From: Dehalococcoidia bacterium
Lineage (GTDB): Bacteria > Chloroflexota > Dehalococcoidia > UBA2979
Assembly (NCBI GenBank): GCA_009379925.1
Contig: WHSU01000012.1
Span: 16,419 to 80,418 of the forward strand
Direction of reading: 5' to 3'
Length of the DNA stretch: 64,000 nt
Shown: positions 34,007 to 42,432 of the stretch, piece by piece
Position numbering within the stretch: the stretch's first letter is position 1
Layout: every line of letters begins with the position of its first letter
Notes under the pieces: model-generated
The model's database searches: none
What the model saw: the letters and a program-made list of their open reading frames with translations, nothing else
Told to the model about the DNA's origin: nothing
Translations under genes and position numbers: made by a program

Positions 34007-34498
34007 ATGCCCGCACTCCGGCTGCGCGACGAAGATGCCCGCATCGCCTACCTCGCCACGGTGTACCACCTCGGCCGTCCCGGGTCCGAGACCGACCCCG
34101 GCACGTTGCAGCGGCACGACATGGGGCTGCAGTCCGTGCACGACCGCATGGCCGAGCAACTGGGGCAGGCAACCATCGACGTCGAACTGTCGCCCTACCA
34201 GCTGGTGCGGCTCGGCGAGGCGCTGCTGGGCGTGTCCAATGAACTGAAGCAGTACGGTATGGCGCAGGGGCACTCCGCGGTGCCGGGCTTCCAGGACGCC
34301 ATGGGAGCGCTCTACCCGGCCACGCGGCAAGAGCCCGGCATCGCGATGGACATCGTGCAGCACGCGGTCATGCTTCACCGCCGCCTGAGTACCGCGCTCG
34401 ATCAGGCGCGGCAGGCCGTCGAGGAAGCCCGGGAGGAACAGCGCCGGGAACAGGAAGCCGCCTCGAAGCCGTGGTGGCAGGTCTGGCGGCGCGAATAG
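34007..34498 (+). CDS. Hypothetical protein
   Basis: Strong GC3 bias. No recognised domain. Confidence 0.45.
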   Translation: MPALRLRDEDARIAYLATVYHLGRPGSETDPGTLQRHDMGLQSVHDRMAEQLGQATIDVELSPYQLVRLGEALLGVSNELKQYGMAQGHSAVPGFQDAMGALYPATRQEPGIAMDIVQHAVMLHRRLSTALDQARQAVEEAREEQRREQEAASKPWWQVWRRE

Positions 34499-34664
34499 GG
34501 CGTCCGGGCGGGCATCGCGCGGCCGGGGCGCCGCTCGTTTAGATGCGGGCGCTCGCTGCTTGTGTGGAGCGAGGGGCCTGCCTAGAATCTGCTCCGAGGC
34601 TGGGGACTGACGCCGCGGGCGCGTCCGAACGGCCTCGAGACCACCGGAAAGGGAACCATCCGGG

Positions 34665-34940
34665 ATGACGTACTTCATCACCACACCATGCATCGACGTC
34701 ATGGACCAATCCTGCGTCGATGTCTGCCCGGTTGACTGCATTCACTTCGAAGAGGGCGTCGACAAGATGCTCTACATCGACCCTGACGAGTGCATCGACT
34801 GCGGCGCCTGCGAGCCGGCCTGCCCGGTCTCTGCGATCTACGCCGAAGACGACCTGCCCGAGGACCAGGAGATCTTCCGGGAGATCAACCCGCTGTGGTA
34901 CCAGGACAAGGATGCGGCCCGCGCGAAAGTCCCTGCATAG
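34665..34940 (+). CDS. fdxA: 7Fe ferredoxin
   Basis: [18 protein letters not shown] and [12 protein letters not shown] cluster motifs. 91 aa. Confidence 0.85.
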   Translation: MTYFITTPCIDVMDQSCVDVCPVDCIHFEEGVDKMLYIDPDECIDCGACEPACPVSAIYAEDDLPEDQEIFREINPLWYQDKDAARAKVPA

Positions 34941-34971
34941 GGACAGCGCCGCACACCGCGACCACCTCGAG

Positions 34972-35000
34972 GCCCCGCCCACCGGCGGGGTTTCGTTTTG
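34972..35000 (+). terminator. Rho-independent terminator after the ferredoxin gene
   Basis: CCCCGCC-cacc-GGCGGGG followed by TTTCGTTTTGT. Confidence 0.75.
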
Positions 35001-35172
35001 TGGTCGGAGCGGCTGCCCTCGCTCTTGCCGTCGCCTCGACTGCTCGACAGTCGCGTACTTTGGTCGTCGGGAGACGCGCTGGGGGTGCACGCGGCTCCTC
35101 TCGGAGGACCTGCAGCACGGGCAGCAGATCGGCGGTTTGAGGATCGAGAACCCCTTCCTCGCCTGAACGGCC

Positions 35173-35716
35173 CTATAGCTCCCGCCGGTAGCGCACCTCG
35201 ACCGCTGGCCAATCGAGGCCGCCCGCGGGGAACAGCCGCTCCGCGTGGGCGCCGTCCGGCGTCCAGCCGCCGATCTCGTAGAAGCGGCGGGCGCGCGCGT
35301 TGCCCTCCAGCACCCAGAGCACGACGGCTCGGTAGCCCCGCTCCCGGAGGTCGTCGAGGGCGTGCGCCATGAGGGCGCGGCCGATGCCTGTGCCGACGTA
35401 CGCCGGGTCGAGGTGGATCCAGTGCAGGGTCGCCGTCCCCCGGCGGGAGGTCGCCGTCGTGCTCCGGGTCCGGCTCGTGCGTCCCACAGAATCCGGCCGG
35501 CACGCCCTCCACTTCGGCGAGCCAGAGGCGGAACGCCGGCGGGGGTGCGCCGAGCAGGCTTCGCCAGTCCGCGGCCCGGCGTCCCGCCGAGAGGCCGGCG
35601 AGGTACTCGGGCGCCGCGAGGCCGGCATAGGCGAAGCGGTGCGCGGCGACGTGGATGCGGCCCAGCGCCTCGGCGTCGTCGAGCGTCGCGAGGCGGATGC
35701 GCAGCGGCCCGGACAT
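35173..35716 (-). pseudogene. GNAT N-acetyltransferase with an apparent frameshift at a C5/G5 homopolymer (pseudogene or sequence error)
   Basis: N-terminal half (MSGPLRIRLATLDDAEALGRIH...EHDGDL) is in one frame. The C-terminal half (TATLHWIHLDPAYVGTGIGRAL...VRYRREL) is in the adjacent frame. The switch is at ccccc 35437-35441; one fewer C gives a continuous GNAT. Confidence 0.55.
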
Positions 35717-35726
35717 GTCGCGCGGG

Positions 35727-36515
35727 TTAGAGGCCGCGCAGGTACGGCAGGTCGTCGTGGGCGAGGCTGCCCTCGCCCTCCAGTGGATGGGCGGTGATGC
35801 GCACCTCCCCGTCCTCCAGCAGGTCGACGACCAGGACGTGGCCGCCGGCCTGGTTGCCGCCCAGGCCCTCGGGCGCACCGGAGTAGGCGGCGACCACGGA
35901 CTCGCCGGCGGCGACGCGGGTCATCTGCTCCCAGTGGCCCAGCGCGACGTAGTCGCGTTGGGACTCGACCAGGTGCTGCTCGCGGATATGGAACGAGTGG
36001 TGCATCAGCGCCCGCGGGTGGATGAAGTGGCCGTGGCCGATGCCGATCTGCCACGGCGCGTCACCGCGCGGCGGTGGGCCCTCGAAGGGCATGAAGTCGA
36101 AGAGTTGCTCGGTATGGCTGCGGCCCCAGACCTCGACCTCGAGTCCATCGACGGCGACGGTCTCGCCCATGGGCTGGCGCATGATCTGGAGATTCTGCGC
36201 GAGCGCGGGCAGGTCCACGCGGTCGTACACGGAGCCGGGGCCGACGTGGTCGTGGTTGCCGGGTGCGATCACCACCGGGCGTTCGAGGCGCGCGATCTGC
36301 TCGGCCGCGAACGTCATGGTCTCTTCGCGCACGCGCGCGTTGTCGAAGAAATCTCCGGCGACCAGCATGAAGTCCACGCCCTCGCGCAGACCGATGTCGA
36401 TCACGCGGCGGAAGCCGTCCTCCAGTTCGCGCCGCATGGACTCGCCGCTGGAGTCGTACGCGCCGAGGTGGACGTCGGACGTGTGGAGTAGTCGCAGACG
36501 CGGCTTAGCGGCCAT
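35727..36515 (-). CDS. Calcineurin-like metallophosphoesterase
   Basis: LLHTSDVHLG and GNHD motifs. 262 aa. Confidence 0.8.
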   Translation of the reverse strand: MAAKPRLRLLHTSDVHLGAYDSSGESMRRELEDGFRRVIDIGLREGVDFMLVAGDFFDNARVREETMTFAAEQIARLERPVVIAPGNHDHVGPGSVYDRVDLPALAQNLQIMRQPMGETVAVDGLEVEVWGRSHTEQLFDFMPFEGPPPRGDAPWQIGIGHGHFIHPRALMHHSFHIREQHLVESQRDYVALGHWEQMTRVAAGESVVAAYSGAPEGLGGNQAGGHVLVVDLLEDGEVRITAHPLEGEGSLAHDDLPYLRGL

Positions 36516-37891
36516 CAGACGGCGATCTCGTCGTGCGATGGCACTGCGGGCCGCAAGGCCTCCAGGCGCGTCGTGAGCGCCGTCACGAGGCCCGTCAGCG
36601 GCACCCGCTCCTGCTGCATGGTGTCGCGGTCGCGGATGGTGACCGCCTGGTCGTCCAGCGTGTCGAAGTCCACGGTGACGCAGAGGGGCGTCCCGATCTC
36701 ATCCTGGCGACGGTAGCGACGGCCGATCGACTGAGCATCGTCATACTGCGTGCGGAAGTGCGGCCCGAGCTGCTCCCACACCTGTCGCGCCGTCGGGACG
36801 AGCTTCTCGTTGCGGGAGAGCGGCAGGATGGCGACTGCCACCGGCGCGACGTGGGGGGCGAAGCGGAGCACGGTGCGCGTCTCGCCGCCCTCCAGCGTCT
36901 CCTCGTCGTAGGCGTCCATCATCAGCGTGAGCATCGTACGGTCGAGGCCCAGCGCGGGCTCGACCACGTGCGGGACGACGTGCTCGTTCGTCTCCGGGTC
37001 GAAGTAGGTCAGGGTCTTACCTGAGAACTTCGAGTGCTGCGTGAGGTCGAAGTCGCCGCGGTGGGCGATGCCCTCCAGCTCGCCCCAGCCCCAGGGGTAA
37101 TGCACCTCGATGTCTGCCGTCGCCTTCGAGTAGTGCGACAACTCCTCGGGCGTGTGGTCACGGAGACGGAGGTGCTGGGGGCGGATGCCGAGTGAGTAGT
37201 GGAAGCGGAGTCGCTCCTTCTTCCAGTAGGCGTGCCAGTCCAGCGACTCGTCGGGGTGGCAGAAGTATTCCATCTCCATCTGCTCGAACTCGCGCGTGCG
37301 GAAGATGAACTGCTTCACCGTGATCTCGTTGCGAAACGACTTGCCGATCTGCGCGATGCCGAAGGGGAGGCGGCGGCGCGTGGTCTGCTGCACGTTCTCG
37401 AAGTTCACGAACATGCCCTGCGCAGTCTCCGGGCGCAGGTAGGCGGCGGACTCGCTGCTCTCCACCGGTCCGATGTTGGTGCGGAGCATCATGTTGAAGT
37501 TGCGCGGCTCCGTGAACTGGCCCACCGTGCCGCAATTCGGGCACGTGTTGTCCTCGATGTGGTCGGCGCGCAGCCGGGCCTGGCACTTCAGGCAGTCCAC
37601 CATCGGGTCGTGGAAGACCTCGACGTGGCCGGAGGCCTCCCAGACGCGCGGATTCGTGACGATCGCCGCCTCGATGCCCACGACGTCCTGCCGCTGGTGC
37701 ACCATCGAGCGCCACCAGAGGTCACGGATGTTGCGCCGCAACTCGACGCCTAGCGGTCCGTAGTCGTAGGTGGCCTCGAAGCCGCCGTAGATTTCGGCGG
37801 ACGGGAAGACGAAGCCGCGCCGCTTGGCGAGCGAGGTGATGGTCTCGAGGTCGGCCTTGATCTCGGAGGCCGTCTCGGTGCGATCGGTCAC
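36515..37891 (-). CDS. glyQS: Glycine--tRNA ligase (single-chain alpha2 type)
   Basis: 458 aa, class II aaRS motifs. GTG start with RBS GGAGAT. Confidence 0.93.
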   Translation of the reverse strand: MTDRTETASEIKADLETITSLAKRRGFVFPSAEIYGGFEATYDYGPLGVELRRNIRDLWWRSMVHQRQDVVGIEAAIVTNPRVWEASGHVEVFHDPMVDCLKCQARLRADHIEDNTCPNCGTVGQFTEPRNFNMMLRTNIGPVESSESAAYLRPETAQGMFVNFENVQQTTRRRLPFGIAQIGKSFRNEITVKQFIFRTREFEQMEMEYFCHPDESLDWHAYWKKERLRFHYSLGIRPQHLRLRDHTPEELSHYSKATADIEVHYPWGWGELEGIAHRGDFDLTQHSKFSGKTLTYFDPETNEHVVPHVVEPALGLDRTMLTLMMDAYDEETLEGGETRTVLRFAPHVAPVAVAILPLSRNEKLVPTARQVWEQLGPHFRTQYDDAQSIGRRYRRQDEIGTPLCVTVDFDTLDDQAVTIRDRDTMQQERVPLTGLVTALTTRLEALRPAVPSHDEIAV

Positions 37892-38053
37892 GTGATCTCC
37901 AGCAACAGGGCCGCGCGACCGGCTGCCACGCGACGAGGGGATGGGGCCGCGAGCGTAGCATCGGGCGATCTTGCCCTCAAGGACGCGGCGAGGGCCTCGA
38001 GGGCCGTACGATCCTCAGGCTGGCGCCTGACAGGCGCGGCGAGGAGGACCGAA

Positions 38054-38566
38054 ATGTCCGAGCAGCCACCATCGGCCAGCGAGCCGCGCGCATCGCGCAC
38101 CACGAAGCCGGCGGGCTACTGGGAGCCGCATCCGCTGCCCTGGGGTTGGGCGGAGAGCCGCCTGGTCGAGGCGCGCAACTACTGGATCGCGTCGGTGGGC
38201 GCGTCGGGAGCGCCACACGCGAGGCCCGTGTGGGGCGCCTGGGTGGACGGCGCGCTCTGCTTCAGCAGCGGGTCGCGCATCGTTACGAACATCGAGGCCG
38301 AGCCGCGCGTCACCGCACACCTGGACAGCGGCGACGAAGCGGTGATCCTGGAGGGCACGGCTGAGGCGCTGAGCGACGCCGAGGCGATCCGTGGCTTCAT
38401 CGAGGCCTTCAACCCCAAGTACCACTGGGACTTCACGCCCGAATCCGCCGGCGCCGTGATCGCGGTCCGGCCGCGCGTCGTGTTCGGGTGGGTATCCGAC
38501 CCCAGCGGGCAGGATGGGGGCGCGCTGTTCTCGGCTTCCGGGACGCGATGGGACTTCGGCGGCTAG
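38054..38566 (+). CDS. Pyridoxamine 5'-phosphate oxidase-family (likely F420/FMN-binding) protein
   Basis: RBS GAGGAGG then ATG at 38054. PPOX-fold sequence (ARNYWIASVGASGAPHARPVWGAWVDGALCF). Confidence 0.7.
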   Translation: MSEQPPSASEPRASRTTKPAGYWEPHPLPWGWAESRLVEARNYWIASVGASGAPHARPVWGAWVDGALCFSSGSRIVTNIEAEPRVTAHLDSGDEAVILEGTAEALSDAEAIRGFIEAFNPKYHWDFTPESAGAVIAVRPRVVFGWVSDPSGQDGGALFSASGTRWDFGG

Positions 38567-38642
38567 GGACCGCACCTCGCCCTCGATGCGCCCGCGCGCG
38601 CCGTTCCGTAAGATGCAGCCGGGCGATCGCGAGGAGGCTTGC

Positions 38643-38813
38643 ATGCGGGTGCTCGTGTTGCTGGTGCTGGGGACGGCTGCCGGAGTGGCGGCCGCGGTCC
38701 TGGCCGCCGCGCGCGACGAGCACGCCGGTGCGCTGCCCTCGGGCCCAGCGCCGGTCCCGCTCACGGGCGGCAACACCCCGGGCGGGGGAGCGGACGGAGG
38801 CACGGCCCAGTGA
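38643..38813 (+). CDS. Small single-pass membrane protein (56 aa) immediately upstream of the darA-like gene
   Basis: RBS GAGGAGG 5 nt before ATG. MRVLVLLVLGTAAGVAAAVLAAA then Pro/Gly-rich tail. High GC3. Stop overlaps the next start. Confidence 0.45.
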   Translation: MRVLVLLVLGTAAGVAAAVLAAARDEHAGALPSGPAPVPLTGGNTPGGGADGGTAQ

Positions 38814-39163
38814 TGAACGGCACCGGAGACCCGAGCAAGCTCTGCATGATGGTCGTGTCCGACACGGACGCGGACAGTCTTATGGGCGCCCTCGTGGAGC
38901 GAGGATTCCCCGCCACCAAGGTCGGATCGACGGGCGGCTTCCTGCGGCGGGGCAACGTCACGATCTTCAGCGGCGTCACGGACGCCCGCGTGGACGAACT
39001 GGTGGGCGTGGTCACCGAGATCTGCCACGCGCGCAAGGAGTTCGTCCCGGTGCAGACCCTCCCCTTCCTGGGCGACGGGTCGTTCAACGCCGAACCCGTG
39101 GAGGTGCGCGTGGGCGGCGCGATCGTCTTCGTACTGGGGATCGACAGCTTCCACCGGATCTAG
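38810..39163 (+). CDS. darA: DarA/PstA-like PII-type cyclic-di-AMP receptor
   Basis: Collinear with B. subtilis YaaQ/DarA as recalled: [29 protein letters not shown] vs [50 protein letters not shown] vs VEVEVGGATVFVMPVDAFHQF. Confidence 0.8.
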   Translation: [117 protein letters not shown]

Positions 39164-39185
39164 CCGGCGCATCCGGACCGACAGC

Positions 39186-40481
39186 CTACGAGACCGCGCG
39201 CGCTCCCTTGCGGTCGAGGCGTGGCTCGTCCACGGGTGCCGGCACGCGGTCCCAGACCGCGGCTGCACGTGGCAGCACGTCCGCGACATCCACGTCGTAC
39301 TGGCGGCCCCCACCGGCCTCGATGAGCGCGAGCGCGTCCTGGTGCGACAGGGCGCCGCGGTACGGCCGCTGGGCGCGCAGGGCGCAGTATGTGTCCGCCA
39401 CCGCGAGGATGCGCGGCGCCAGTTCCAGCTCGTCGACCGTCAGCATGGCGGGATAGCCGCGCCCGTCCGGCCGCTCGTGGTGCGCCTCGATCCAGGCCGG
39501 GATCGGGCCCAGGCCGGGGGCGCCATCCAGCAAGCGGGCGCCCAGCGAGGGGTGCCGGCGCATGGTCTCCATCTCCTCGATCGACAGGATCGAGGGCTTG
39601 TCCGTGATCTCCCGAGAGATGCCGAGTTGGCCGATGTCCAGGAGGTGGCCCGCGACGCGCAGCGCGCGTACCTCGCCCTCCGGGCGGCCGAGGCACTGCC
39701 CAAGTTCACCGGCCAGCGCCGACACGCGGGCGCTGCGGCCGAGTTCGCGCACGCCGACATCGACCACTTCGCCCATCACCTCGGCGGTGTGCTCCAGCTT
39801 GCGGATGGACGGGCGGCCATCGCCCGCCCCGGCGGCGCCCAGGATGCGCGGGAGCGAGTCGCTCCACAGCGAGGCCCAGAGGTGGTCGTCTTTGAGCACG
39901 GAGCGCAACGCGTCCGCGACCTCGCGGCCGACGGCCGCCACCGCGTCGTCCGGGCCCAGGCGCTGGAGGTCGGCACGCGCCCGCAGCGGGTTCACCATGC
40001 CATCGGTCTGGTCGCTAGCCCAGTGTGCCGCCGAGATGGCGAGCGACTCCACCGGGATCTCGCCCATGGCGCGGCCCTCGGGGTGACCTCGGCCGTCCCA
40101 GCGCTCGTGGGTGCCCGCGATCACGCGCGCCACATCCTCGTCGAAGCCAAAGCGGTGCGCGACCCAGGCGCCGCCCTGCAGGCGGCCGCCCTCGATGCGC
40201 ACGGCGATGCCGGAGTCGTGGAGGAGCGCCGCGCGGAGGGTGCGGCGGCGGGCCGCGGCGTCCAGCTTGAGGCGCTCCACGATGCCGAGGGCGACCAGCG
40301 CGACTCGGCAGGCGTGCCCCAGGTCTTCCGCCTCCGCGAGGTCGAACGCCCCACTGAGGTAGGGGAGCAGGTCGGCGCGCCGCACCGGCTCGAGTTCGAC
40401 ATCGTCGACTTCCTCGGCCGCGATGAACGCGTCGTGCTCCTCGGCACTCGTGCGGGCGTCGGAACCTGGTTCCATGGGCAT
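39186..40481 (-). CDS. Tandem HD-GYP domain phosphodiesterase-like protein
   Basis: C-terminal domain has canonical HHERPDGRGYP. N-terminal domain has LLHDSG HD motif and degenerate HERWDGRGHP. No receiver or sensor domain. Confidence 0.85.
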   Translation of the reverse strand: MPMEPGSDARTSAEEHDAFIAAEEVDDVELEPVRRADLLPYLSGAFDLAEAEDLGHACRVALVALGIVERLKLDAAARRRTLRAALLHDSGIAVRIEGGRLQGGAWVAHRFGFDEDVARVIAGTHERWDGRGHPEGRAMGEIPVESLAISAAHWASDQTDGMVNPLRARADLQRLGPDDAVAAVGREVADALRSVLKDDHLWASLWSDSLPRILGAAGAGDGRPSIRKLEHTAEVMGEVVDVGVRELGRSARVSALAGELGQCLGRPEGEVRALRVAGHLLDIGQLGISREITDKPSILSIEEMETMRRHPSLGARLLDGAPGLGPIPAWIEAHHERPDGRGYPAMLTVDELELAPRILAVADTYCALRAQRPYRGALSHQDALALIEAGGGRQYDVDVADVLPRAAAVWDRVPAPVDEPRLDRKGARAVS

Positions 40482-40627
40482 GCTCCCGGCCGTGCTGCAT
40501 CCTGACGAGTCACCTCGCCATGCTTGTCTATATCGTCGGCAGGGCCGTCCTGAATCTGGAGTCCGCCGTTATGTCGCATCTGAGGCGACGGGTTGCGGGC
40601 GTCACCCCTCCCAATGAGAATCGGCAC

Positions 40628-41287
40628 ATGATCCTCGATGCGTTCGTCGTCGGCCGCCTGCAAGCAAATTGTTACGCCGTGGGCGACGAAGAGAGCCGCG
40701 AGGTGCTGATCGTCGATCCCGGCGACCAGGGCGAGGCGCTCGTCGAGGCGTTCCGGACGCGGGACTACCGCGTGACGGGCGTTGTGGTGACGCACCACCA
40801 CCTCGACCACTCCGGTGGAGCGCACGAGGTCCTCCAGGCGCTGCCAGATGCCCGATTCTACATGCACGCGGCTGACTACCCGCAGATCGCCGCCAGTGCG
40901 CCCTCCGGCCCCGCGTGGTACGGCCGGGAGGTCGCGCCGCCTCGAGCGCCGGACCAGCTGCTGGAGCACGGGGACGTGTTGCGTGCGGGACGGCACGAGT
41001 TCCAGGTGTTGCACTGTCCCGGGCACACGCCGGGGCACGTCTGCATGGAAGGCGAGGGCGTGGTCTTCACGGGGGACGTGCTGTTCCAGGGCTCGATCGG
41101 CCGGCACGACTTCCCCGGCTCGGATGGCCCGGCGCTGATCCGGTCGATCCGCGACCACCTGCTGACGCTGCCCGATGAGACGGCCGTCTACTCGGGGCAC
41201 GGGCCGGCCACCACCATCGGCGAGGAGCGGCGGCACAACCCGTTCCTCGTGAACCCTCGGATGACGCTCGGCTTCGACGTCGACTGA
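40628..41287 (+). CDS. MBL-fold metallo-hydrolase (glyoxalase II-like)
   Basis: VVTHHHLDHSGG metal-binding motif. 219 aa. Confidence 0.8.
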   Translation: MILDAFVVGRLQANCYAVGDEESREVLIVDPGDQGEALVEAFRTRDYRVTGVVVTHHHLDHSGGAHEVLQALPDARFYMHAADYPQIAASAPSGPAWYGREVAPPRAPDQLLEHGDVLRAGRHEFQVLHCPGHTPGHVCMEGEGVVFTGDVLFQGSIGRHDFPGSDGPALIRSIRDHLLTLPDETAVYSGHGPATTIGEERRHNPFLVNPRMTLGFDVD

Positions 41288-41352
41288 CGATGCGCCGCGA
41301 GGTGCGGGCGGCGGCACGCTGCGCCACCTGACGGAGAAACGGAGAGCGGCCC

Positions 41353-42357
41353 ATGCACCTCGTCGTGGACGGCAACAACATCGCCTGGGCCGGCTTCCAC
41401 TCGCTACGCCGCGCGATGGGGGCAGAGACCCCAGAGCAGTATGTCCGCAGCGCCGGGCTGGGCCTCACGCAGAGCGTCCTCGGCCTGATCCTGCGGGCAG
41501 GCGAGCCGCCTCCCGAGCCAGGCGACCCGCACCCGCCGCAGCACGAGGTGTCGCGGGTCACCGTGGTCTTCGATGAGGGCCGCCCGCTGCGCCGGCGCAC
41601 GATCTATCCGCCGTACCAGACCGGCCGCGAGTCCGACCCGTCGTTCATGGAGCACGAACGGCACGTACTCGCGGGCATCGCCGGCTTCATCGAAGGCATG
41701 CGGCACGCGCCCGTCACCATCCTCCGCGGCGTGAACACGGAGGCCGATGACCTGGTCGCCTGGACGGTCCTCGAAGACAACCCGGGCGTCCATGCCCGCG
41801 TCGCTTCCACGGACCGCGACTTCATGCAGCTGGTGGGCGGGGAGACGTCCATCTACAGCCCGGTGAAGCGAGTGGTGATCGATGCAGCGAACTTCCACGA
41901 GCACGCCTCGCCGAAGTTGAGCGACGGCACACCCGTGCTGTTCCCACGCGAGCGCTACCTGGACTACCGCGCCGCCAGCGGCGACGCCAGCGACGACCTG
42001 CCCGGTATCCCCGGCGTCGGCGCGGTGACGGCCGCGCGACTGGTGGCGTACGGCCCGCTCGATGCGTACTTCGACGACCCGACGCTGGCGGCCGAGGCGT
42101 GCGGGCGGCGGAGCGCGAAGGTGGAAGCGGCGTTCCGCTCCGGCGAGGCGCGCGAGGTCGTCGCACGCAACCGGGAACTCATGGACCTCCGCCGGGCCGT
42201 GCGGCACTACCCCTCGATGGCTGAGTACACCACGCAAGGGACGTGGGACGAAGGCGCGTTTGCCCGCTGGCTGCGGGACGATGTGCGGCCGGGGAACCTG
42301 GACCAGGACGCGGTCGTACAGGCCGTGGCAAAGCTGGCCGTGGACCGCGACGCGTAG
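41353..42357 (+). CDS. 5'-3' exonuclease (FEN/Pol I N-terminal-domain-like)
   Basis: LVVDGNNIAWAGFH PIN-like N-terminus, helix-hairpin-helix region (LPGIPGVGAVTAARL). Confidence 0.85.
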   Translation: MHLVVDGNNIAWAGFHSLRRAMGAETPEQYVRSAGLGLTQSVLGLILRAGEPPPEPGDPHPPQHEVSRVTVVFDEGRPLRRRTIYPPYQTGRESDPSFMEHERHVLAGIAGFIEGMRHAPVTILRGVNTEADDLVAWTVLEDNPGVHARVASTDRDFMQLVGGETSIYSPVKRVVIDAANFHEHASPKLSDGTPVLFPRERYLDYRAASGDASDDLPGIPGVGAVTAARLVAYGPLDAYFDDPTLAAEACGRRSAKVEAAFRSGEAREVVARNRELMDLRRAVRHYPSMAEYTTQGTWDEGAFARWLRDDVRPGNLDQDAVVQAVAKLAVDRDA

Positions 42358-42380
42358 GCCAAGCGGGCGGCTCTGAACGT

Positions 42381-42410
42381 AGGAGGCCGGCGCGTGAGCG
42401 CCGGCCTCCT
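42381..42410. terminator. Strong hairpin between convergent exonuclease and hppA genes
   Basis: AGGAGGCCGGCGC-gtga-GCGCCGGCCTCCT, a perfect 13-bp stem. No U-tract. Confidence 0.5.
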
Positions 42411-42432
42411 GAATCTCCGCTCGGTGTCTGGC

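Noticed and set aside
37892-38053. Glycine T-box leader upstream of glyQS
   Set aside because: No AGGGTGGNACCGCG T-box core or specifier-loop structure is visible in the 160-nt leader.
38488-39456. 322-aa plus-strand ORF spanning the darA region
   Set aside because: Wrong frame relative to the DarA-like homology. Arg/Gly-rich garbage.
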